From a virus, in IMG/VR virus record IMGVR_UViG_3300002838_000029, positions 1 to 7,142 of that record: a stretch of 7,142 nt of DNA. One strand, written 5' to 3'. Below are positions 1-4,554 of the stretch, piece after piece (the first letter of the stretch is position 1; the number at the start of each line of letters is the position of its first letter). Below the pieces are notes generated by a model that worked only from the letters and a program-made list of their open reading frames with translations, was not told where the DNA came from and ran no database searches. The translations under genes and the position numbers were made by a program.

Positions 1-114
1 GCGGTGCTGATGATCCTGGGAGAGCGGCAGAGAGAAGCCCAGGAGCGGTTCCATTTGGGTAGATCGGGGCGCGGGTTGAGGTAGTGGCGGGACAACGGGA
101 CGAAGATCGCGAGA

Positions 115-153
115 AGCCTCCAGAGGGCCATACAGGCCGCTGGGGGCTTTTTT
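115..153 (+). terminator. Rho-independent terminator (plus-strand orientation), copy 1; possibly weakly bidirectional
   Basis: A 9-bp stem pairs AGCCTCCAG (115-123) with CTGGGGGCT (140-148), with one G-T wobble at 119/144. An inner 4-bp GGCC/GGCC stem flanks an ATACA loop. The hairpin runs straight into T6 (148-153). On the minus strand the wobble becomes an A-C mismatch and only TTCTCGCGATCTT follows. Confidence 0.6.
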
Positions 154-270
154 GTGGGTCGATGGTTGCGGCCCCTTCGGGGGTATCGTCGCAGGCGCTA
201 TGCAGCACGACAGGAGGCAGTGCAGGCGACTAATCGCCGCGAGCGGCGAGGTCGAGGCCAGGGGGACCGA

Positions 271-501
271 TCAGAGCTGGTGAATGCGGTCAGCGATCTG
301 GCGAAGCTCTTCCAGGATGGAATCGAGTTCAGCTCCTTCCTGGTCGAGTTGGTCAACGCGCTTTCGAAGCTCGCGGATCTCGCGGACGAGTCGGGGATAG
401 TCCTCGAGCAACCAGCTGACGGCATCAGCTCCCTTTCGTCCAGGAGCGTAAAGCTCAGCGGTTTTCACCAGGTGTGATTCGAGATCAATAGCGCATCGCA
501 T
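271..501 (-). CDS. Hypothetical 76-aa protein with a predicted C-terminal coiled coil (VREIRELRKRVDQLDQEGAELDSILEELRQIADRIHQL)
   Basis: ORF track 271..501. It has an ATG start and protein-like composition, unlike the Arg-rich plus-strand ORF opposite it. It is on the same strand as the structural operon and directly downstream of Zot. A weak SD (AGGG) sits 6 nt upstream. The start codon lies inside the XerC-like arm of dif-like site A. Confidence 0.5.
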   Translation of the reverse strand: MRCAIDLESHLVKTAELYAPGRKGADAVSWLLEDYPRLVREIRELRKRVDQLDQEGAELDSILEELRQIADRIHQL

Positions 502-520
502 AATCGGCCCTATGTTACGC
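493..520 (+). other. dif-like XerC/XerD site A (6-nt central region)
   Basis: GCATCGCATAA-TCGGCC-CTATGTTACGC compared with E. coli dif recalled as GGTGCGCATAA-TGTATA-TTATGTTAAAT. The XerC arm matches 8/11 (CGCATAA core intact). The XerD arm matches 7/11 (TATGTTA core intact). Confidence 0.7.
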
Positions 521-553
521 GCCGCCTGGAGCCGGAGGCAGTTTCCAGACGAC

Positions 554-586
554 GCTCAACATAAGGCCATTCTCATTATGCGAAAC
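554..586 (-). other. dif-like XerC/XerD site B (11-nt central region), inverted relative to site A
   Basis: Minus strand 586->554 reads GTTTCGCATAA-TGAGAATGGCC-TTATGTTGAGC. The XerC arm matches E. coli dif 9/11 and the XerD arm 8/11. The central region is 11 nt instead of 6. Confidence 0.7.
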
Positions 587-592
587 GCCCAA

Positions 593-1510
593 TCAAAGCG
601 GCGGGTAGTCAGGGCTGTACGCGATCCGAAGCTGCTCGGCACGATGCTGACGCGCCGCACGAAGCTGGTTGGCGTGGTGCTCAAGCCAGACAGATCGAAA
701 CGCGATCCGCAGGCAGGATTCCCGGTCAAGCATCATCCACGGCGCAATGATCGGCCAGACGGCCAGCTTGAACAGGAAAGCACCAAGGCGCTTGCGCAAC
801 GGCACATGGTAAGGCAGCGGCGGCAGATAACGGCCCTTGAGGTGCCAGCCGCTAAGCATGGTGTAGGAAGCGCGCATATCAACGGGACCGCTGGCCAAGT
901 ACTCAACACCATCGCGGAACACCTGTCGCGTGTCATACGTCGAGTACAGATCAGCGCCCTTGTAGGTCCAGCGCTCCACCCTGACCTCAGTGCTGCGTCC
1001 GTAGTACACGTTTGCAATGTGCATCTTCGGAAGGCTGATGCCCATGACCTTGAAGCGGTCCATACGGCGACAGACGACCAGATGCTCACACAGCGAGCGG
1101 ACGATCTGCGCATCACATGACTCGATGTCCTGAATCAGGAACATGACGTCCCAACGATGTTTTCGAGCGTGAAGGAACCAGTCGATCAGCTTGCGTCGTT
1201 CCTTGTCGTTCCATTCCCGGCTGTTCAGCCACGTACCACACTCATCGAGCACGATCAGGCCGAAGCGCTTTTCGTCGTAGTCACGGTCATCGTCGGCATC
1301 GTAGCCCGGACCTAGCGCTGCCAAATCTTCCGCCCTGGGCTTGTCAGGTAACCGAACGGCTGGCGACTTGCAGTAAGTGAACATCTGATCCAGCTCGAGA
1401 TCGAGGTTGGTTGCTACCCGGCGTCCATCGGAGAGGTAATCGCGAATTTTGGAGACACACGCGAGGGACTTGCCGGAGCCGAGTTTGCCAGTAACGAAGT
1501 AAACAGCCAT
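593..1510 (-). CDS. Zot-like / gene I (pI) phage assembly P-loop NTPase, 305 aa
   Basis: N-terminal Walker A (VTGKLGSGKS) and Walker B (LIVLDECGTW). One TM segment (LGAFLFKLAVWPIIAPWMMLD) is followed by a short C-terminal tail. It occupies the gI position after gVI. A GGAG SD lies 9 nt upstream of the ATG at 1510. Confidence 0.93.
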   Translation of the reverse strand: MAVYFVTGKLGSGKSLACVSKIRDYLSDGRRVATNLDLELDQMFTYCKSPAVRLPDKPRAEDLAALGPGYDADDDRDYDEKRFGLIVLDECGTWLNSREWNDKERRKLIDWFLHARKHRWDVMFLIQDIESCDAQIVRSLCEHLVVCRRMDRFKVMGISLPKMHIANVYYGRSTEVRVERWTYKGADLYSTYDTRQVFRDGVEYLASGPVDMRASYTMLSGWHLKGRYLPPLPYHVPLRKRLGAFLFKLAVWPIIAPWMMLDRESCLRIAFRSVWLEHHANQLRAARQHRAEQLRIAYSPDYPPL

Positions 1511-1533
1511 GACGGGAACTCCAAGGGAGGTGT

Positions 1534-1571
1534 CCCCTACCCCGGCCCCCTAAAGGGGGCCACGGTAGGGG
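1534..1571 (-). promoter_or_regulatory. GC-rich 17-bp stem-loop in the gVI-gI intergenic gap
   Basis: Arm CCCCTACCCCGGCCCCC (1534-1550), loop TAAA, arm GGGGGCCACGGTAGGGG (1555-1571). On the minus strand it has 15 WC pairs, 1 G-U wobble and 1 mismatch. No U-run follows, so it is not a canonical intrinsic terminator. Confidence 0.55.
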
Positions 1572-1577
1572 AAAGCT

Positions 1578-1901
1578 TCAGATGCGAGCCTTGACGGATG
1601 CAGCGTGAATGCCGGTGACGTAGAGCCAGCAGGCGGCGCGGGTGGCTGCAATTGCCGCGATGCACCCTCCGGTGACGGACGGAAGCAAACCAAGCGCGGT
1701 CTCAACGACCGGATGAATGCCACCGGCTAGGGATATCAGACCGGTCAGGACGCCATTGACGGTGGCGGTGACGGTGGCCAGAAGGCCTATCCAGACGGCG
1801 ACGAGAGCAAGGCGAATGCCGTACTTCGCTCCGAGCTTGGCGACTACGAAGTTCGCGAAATAGGCAAAGATACTGAGCAGGAATTGCGCCAGAGCTGCCA
1901 T
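1578..1901 (-). CDS. pVI-like minor coat / membrane protein, 107 aa
   Basis: Strongly hydrophobic multi-TM sequence of about the size of Ff pVI (112 aa). It sits between gIII and gI. Its ATG overlaps the gIII stop (TAATG at 1899-1903). Confidence 0.8.
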   Translation of the reverse strand: MAALAQFLLSIFAYFANFVVAKLGAKYGIRLALVAVWIGLLATVTATVNGVLTGLISLAGGIHPVVETALGLLPSVTGGCIAAIAATRAACWLYVTGIHAASVKARI

Positions 1902-3283
1902 TACATAGGCCTCGCTTGTGTGACGGCTTCAGACCAGAGTTCACGGCAGTAATGCCAAGTGAACACAACGAATATGAACGCAAGTATTGGCCGAACCCAG
2001 TCATAGATATATGGGCAATAGTTGGTTGACCACGATCCGATTATAGGAAGTTCAGCCGTTATCTCGGAGCAGCCACCACCAAACGAATACCAAGCGGACC
2101 ACCCAATCGGAGAAACTACAGCGGGAGGCGCTGATACATCTGTCTTTATGTCGTTTAGCTTATCGATATATGACTTATAGAGATCGGTTACAGCAGGCAT
2201 ATCCTCGGGCTGCTCTTCCTTCGGCTCCTCGGTATCCGGCTCGGTTTCTGTTGTGGTCTCGGTAGTTCCATCTGGCTTGGTGACAATCGTTGTTTTGGTC
2301 TTGCGGTAGTCGTAGTAGTTATCACCATATGTAATGTCGATTTTGGTGCTACTGGTCGTCGTAGTAGTGCCCGCTGGAGATGTAGTCGTGCTGGTTGGAC
2401 CCTGTTCCGTGACAATGGATGGTCCTTCGAGCTTGACGCTATCACGAAGGGACTCATAACACGCCTGGGGGTTTAAGCCGCCCTCACAATGCTCGCGCAG
2501 GCGGTCTTTAAGCCACTCAGAATCCTTAGCGGCTGCCGCTGCTTCCATGAGGTCATAGTCTGAATCTTCAGCAAGGCGAGAACCGGTAGCAGTTTCGCAG
2601 CCGCCAGTGGACGCATTGTAGGAGGAGCCAACAGGACACGACGAACCCTTTCGCTGGACTATGCCGAAGTTTGCACCGGTTAACTGACCATCACGCCTAA
2701 GCCGACACTCAGCTTGATCGGCGGAAACAAATGCGATATCACCTGAATAGTCATCGTACCCCTGCCCCTTATAGTAGGTACTAACGTAAGACAGGCCCCA
2801 ACGCACAGAGCAAGCTGACGGTGCTGTGAGGTGCTGCTCAGGATCAGTTCCATAAACCCAATAATAGCCACCAGGGATAGTCTGGACAGACGGAACCCGC
2901 ACCTTACCAGCATCATCTAAATAACCATCGACTTGATCCAACATATACTCAAGGCCAATAGTCAAGGCCATGCCGGGGACACCGCCCCGGAGCCTTCCTG
3001 CCATGCCCTTAATAGTGCGAGGAATGGAGTAGTCATAACGGACTTTGACGGGCAACTTAGTACCCCTAGAACCGCCACCATATGAAGATGGAATGTATTC
3101 GGTTTTACCATCACCGGGCACGTGCAGCGTGTCGCCGCTTCTAGACGAACCGTTACCGGAGCCAATGACCTGACCGTCAGACGGCATGGACACATATTTC
3201 CGAGTGGCCGCATGCGCAGAAACGCTAACCCCAGAAAGTAAAAGGGCGACCGAAGTCGCCAGTACTAGAGCCGCCCTTTTCAT
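1901..3283 (-). CDS. pIII-like adsorption / minor coat protein, about 460 aa (alternative upstream start at 3307)
   Basis: Signal peptide MKRAALVLATSVALLLSGVSVSAHA. A Cys-containing N-terminal domain is followed by a Thr/Glu/Pro-rich linker (TSTTTSPAGTTTTTSST...TTETTTETEPDTEEPKEEQPED). A C-terminal TM anchor (ILAFIFVVFTW) ends the protein. The ATG at 3281-3283 overlaps the coat-gene stop (TAATG). Confidence 0.85.
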   Translation of the reverse strand: MKRAALVLATSVALLLSGVSVSAHAATRKYVSMPSDGQVIGSGNGSSRSGDTLHVPGDGKTEYIPSSYGGGSRGTKLPVKVRYDYSIPRTIKGMAGRLRGGVPGMALTIGLEYMLDQVDGYLDDAGKVRVPSVQTIPGGYYWVYGTDPEQHLTAPSACSVRWGLSYVSTYYKGQGYDDYSGDIAFVSADQAECRLRRDGQLTGANFGIVQRKGSSCPVGSSYNASTGGCETATGSRLAEDSDYDLMEAAAAAKDSEWLKDRLREHCEGGLNPQACYESLRDSVKLEGPSIVTEQGPTSTTTSPAGTTTTTSSTKIDITYGDNYYDYRKTKTTIVTKPDGTTETTTETEPDTEEPKEEQPEDMPAVTDLYKSYIDKLNDIKTDVSAPPAVVSPIGWSAWYSFGGGCSEITAELPIIGSWSTNYCPYIYDWVRPILAFIFVVFTWHYCRELWSEAVTQARPM

Positions 3284-3528
3284 TACTTGGCCCCTTTCTT
3301 GATCCACTTCTTGACGAGGGTCATGCCCACGTCCGGTGCCAGAGAAGCGGTCAGCAAGGCAAAGCCTGCGGCGATCGCCAGACCGATATAGGTCAGGATA
3401 GTGGTCTGAGCTTCGGTGATGCCGGCTTCGACCTCACCAGCAGCGAAGGCCATCGGGGAGGCAGCAACGCCAACGAGCAGAGCGGTTTTGGCAACGCGCT
3501 TGGCGAGTTCTTTTTTGGACTGGTACAT
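3283..3528 (-). CDS. Major coat protein (pVIII-like, Pf1-style precursor), 81 aa
   Basis: The internal start of ORF 3283..3678 is preferred: ATG at 3526-3528 preceded by AGGAGC with about 7-nt spacing. The leader ends AFA, then comes an acidic N-terminus (AGEVEAGITEAQ), a hydrophobic core and a basic C-terminus (KKWIKKGAK). This is the classic inovirus coat layout. Confidence 0.88.
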   Translation of the reverse strand: MYQSKKELAKRVAKTALLVGVAASPMAFAAGEVEAGITEAQTTILTYIGLAIAAGFALLTASLAPDVGMTLVKKWIKKGAK

Positions 3529-3548
3529 GGTGTAGCTCCTTGCGTGAG

Positions 3549-3668
3549 TTATCGGGCGCCTTTGCTGAACAGTCGGATGACTGTCTTTTTCATGCGACCC
3601 ATGCCATAGCCGGTGAACCAGCAGACGATGCAGGCCCCGGCAACTTGCACAGCGAGTGCGACGCTCAT
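3549..3668 (-). CDS. 39-aa hydrophobic micro-protein (pIX-position minor coat candidate)
   Basis: Hand translation gives MSVALAVQVAGACIVCWFTGYGMGRMKKTVIRLFSKGAR. Its ATG overlaps the stop of the preceding micro-ORF (ATGA at 3665-3668). It ends 20 nt before the coat gene. It is not in the supplied ORF track. Confidence 0.6.
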   Translation of the reverse strand: MSVALAVQVAGACIVCWFTGYGMGRMKKTVIRLFSKGAR

Positions 3669-3760
3669 AACGAGGCACCCGCCGTGAATCCGTGCCCGAA
3701 GCAACCGACCATCGCGACGGCCGCGATCAGGAAGTACAGGTCGCTAAGGGTGATTTCCAT
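3665..3760 (-). CDS. 31-aa hydrophobic micro-protein (pVII-position minor coat candidate)
   Basis: Hand translation gives MEITLSDLYFLIAAVAMVGCFGHGFTAGASL. Its ATG overlaps the ssb stop (TGATG at 3758-3762). Size and position match Ff pVII/pIX (33 and 32 aa). It is not in the supplied ORF track. Confidence 0.6.
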   Translation of the reverse strand: MEITLSDLYFLIAAVAMVGCFGHGFTAGASL

Positions 3761-4110
3761 CAGTTAGCCCCTGCGGCCTTCTGCTGAGCCGTTGCAGCTG
3801 GGTTCGGCGCAGGCTGAGGGCGAACCTCTTGCAGGCGCAGCGGTGTGCCAGCCAGCAGGTAATCAATGTTGTGATAACGGTCGTTCACCTCGCAGGTGAC
3901 CGGCATGTAAACCTCAACACCGACCTGCTGCCGGTAGGAGTTGTGCAGCCCGTTCTTGATCGAGTCACCGAACACGCGCGCCTTGACAGTGGTGGTGACG
4001 TCGAAGCCGTCGCGATCCTTGGCCGAGGTTTGAAGCGCAACGATGGCCCAGCGCTTGTCCGCTTCGCCTTTGTCTACTACGCCGAGGACGGTGCCTTTGA
4101 TGATGTGCAT
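3760..4110 (-). CDS. gpV-like ssDNA-binding protein, 116 aa
   Basis: The internal start at 4110 (MHIIKGTVLG...) is preceded by GGAGATCACC. The core is beta-rich and OB-like, ending LAGTPLRL (compare Ff gVp ...IDRLRLVPAK). It has a Pro/Ala/Gln-rich C-terminal tail, as I recall for Pf1 gene 5 protein. It sits immediately before the pVII/pIX/pVIII block. Confidence 0.72.
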   Translation of the reverse strand: MHIIKGTVLGVVDKGEADKRWAIVALQTSAKDRDGFDVTTTVKARVFGDSIKNGLHNSYRQQVGVEVYMPVTCEVNDRYHNIDYLLAGTPLRLQEVRPQPAPNPAATAQQKAAGAN

Positions 4111-4124
4111 GGTGATCTCCAGAG

Positions 4125-4358
4125 TCAGAAGCCGAACAGCTCGGCTACACAGGGGGTGCCTTTGGCCTCGAATTCGAGGAACCACTGGCGTTCGGGCTTG
4201 GTGCCCTGGTCTTTGCGCTGATCGAGAGCAGCGAAGGTTTCGGCGACCTGCTGTTGCAGGACGGACGTGTTAACGGTCGCCTGAGTGCGGCGGTACTGCT
4301 CGAGGCGTTCGCGCTGGGAGCGAGTGAGCTGACCGCCCTGGAAGCTGACGGTCTTCAT
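4125..4358 (-). CDS. Hypothetical 77-aa soluble protein
   Basis: The internal start of ORF 4125..4532 is preferred: ATG at 4356-4358 preceded by GGAGTTCCGTCC, overlapping the stop of the 28-aa ORF (ATGA). The sequence MKTVSFQGGQLTRSQRERLEQYRRTQ... is hydrophilic and helix-prone. Confidence 0.65.
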   Translation of the reverse strand: MKTVSFQGGQLTRSQRERLEQYRRTQATVNTSVLQQQVAETFAALDQRKDQGTKPERQWFLEFEAKGTPCVAELFGF

Positions 4359-4441
4359 GGACGGAACTCCAAACGCACGAGGTAGAGCGCGATGGCGCCA
4401 CCGGCGAGGGTGGCCAGCAGAGAGAGCGTCGGTGCAATCAT
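4355..4441 (-). CDS. 28-aa single-TM micro-protein (MIAPTLSLLATLAGGAIALYLVRLEFRP)
   Basis: This is the last 28 codons of ORF 4355..4681. Its ATG at 4439-4441 overlaps the stop of the 38-aa ORF (ATGA). Its stop overlaps the ATG of the 77-aa ORF (ATGA). An alternative start lies 4 codons upstream (MVRRM...). Confidence 0.45.
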   Translation of the reverse strand: MIAPTLSLLATLAGGAIALYLVRLEFRP

Positions 4442-4554
4442 GCGACGAACCATCCAAATAACTTGCCGATGTAGAAAGCAGCGATGAACCAGCCAGCAAT
4501 GGCGCCGCCAATAAAGAAAAACTGGCAAGCAAAGGAGTAGAGGGCGCGCATCAT
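4438..4554 (-). CDS. 38-aa aromatic-rich single-TM micro-protein (MMRALYSFACQFFFIGGAIAGWFIAAFYIGKLFGWFVA)
   Basis: Hand translation. Its ATG at 4552-4554 overlaps the rep stop TGA at 4551-4553 (GCATGATG). It is not in the supplied ORF track. Confidence 0.5.
   Translation of the reverse strand: MMRALYSFACQFFFIGGAIAGWFIAAFYIGKLFGWFVA

Larger units (their letters stand above)
1..586. repeat. Terminal direct repeat, copy 1 (circular-closure overlap or tandem unit junction)
   Basis: Positions 1-586 match 6557-7142 (offset 6556). I checked the first 60 nt and last 30 nt by eye. The three ORF translations at 154-501 and 6710-7057 are identical. Confidence 0.95.
491..588 (-). other. Imperfect hairpin of about 98 nt formed by two inverted dif-like sites; candidate CTXphi-type attP(+)
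   Basis: Inner stem: positions p and 1074-p pair for p=544..568, giving 20 Watson-Crick pairs, 4 G-T wobbles on the minus strand and 1 mismatch. Outer stem: p and 1079-p pair for p=576..588, giving 11 WC pairs, 1 wobble and 1 mismatch. The apical loop is 531-543. An asymmetric internal loop (570-575 opposite 504) falls in the central regions. All of the wobbles become A-C mismatches on the plus strand. Confidence 0.75.

Noticed and set aside
10-84. 24-aa plus-strand ORF (MILGERQREAQERFHLGRSGRGLR), with a copy at 6566..6640
   Set aside because: No SD is present, the sequence is highly charged, and no coupling to a neighbouring gene is seen. The region is treated as non-coding 3' tail.
66-99. 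Four G3+ tracts (66-69, 73-75, 89-91, 97-99) that could form a G-quadruplex on the plus strand
   Set aside because: The middle loop is 13 nt, which makes for a weak quadruplex. G-tracts are expected by chance in GC-rich DNA. The tracts also lie on the strand predicted not to be packaged.
198-425. 75-aa minus-strand ORF (and its copy 6754..6981)
   Set aside because: It is out of frame inside the 271-501 locus, with Ser/Arg/Ala-rich composition typical of off-frame translation of GC-rich DNA. No RBS is evident.
154-477. 107-aa plus-strand ORF (and its copy 6710..7033)
   Set aside because: It starts with GTG immediately after, and overlapping, the terminator T-run. Its first ~40 residues are Arg-rich low-complexity sequence (RRRRYAARQ...RRERRGRGQG). 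The remainder is the antisense shadow of the E/L/R-rich coiled-coil ORF 271-501. No internal Met offers a shorter version. It is not fully excluded.
1-586. The terminal direct repeat read as LTR/IS-type element ends or a genuine genomic duplication
   Set aside because: The repeat simply restarts the same gene order (terminator, ORF76, attP hairpin) after one full phage unit. There are no inverted termini or transposase. Circular or tandem closure is the simpler reading.
512-1120. 202-aa plus-strand ORF, and 733..1116 minus-strand ORF
   Set aside because: One is antisense and the other out of frame relative to the well-supported Zot/pI gene (Walker A/B, TM). Both are Arg-rich with no recognisable motifs. 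The 512 start also lies inside the attP hairpin.
1702-3213. Alternative-frame minus-strand ORFs 1702..2004, 2188..2457, 2680..2916 and 2962..3213
   Set aside because: All are nested out of frame within the pVI-like or pIII-like genes, which have coherent signal peptide, linker and TM architecture. These ORFs have no starts coupled to neighbouring genes.
3283-3678. Long 131-aa version of the coat ORF
   Set aside because: The N-terminal 50 codons (MPRYERRTRCASCRG...) overlap the 39-aa micro-ORF in another frame and look non-protein-like. A strong AGGAG SD precedes the internal ATG at 3528, which gives a textbook coat precursor.
3760-4185. Long 141-aa version of the ssb ORF
   Set aside because: The upstream 25 codons run through the stop of the 77-aa gene and its intergenic spacer. 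A GGAG SD is correctly spaced before Met26 (4110).
3540-4273. Plus-strand ORFs 3540..3767, 3829..4221 and 4043..4273
   Set aside because: They are antisense to the tightly coupled ssb/micro-ORF block. They lack RBSs and have biased Arg/Ala/Gly composition.
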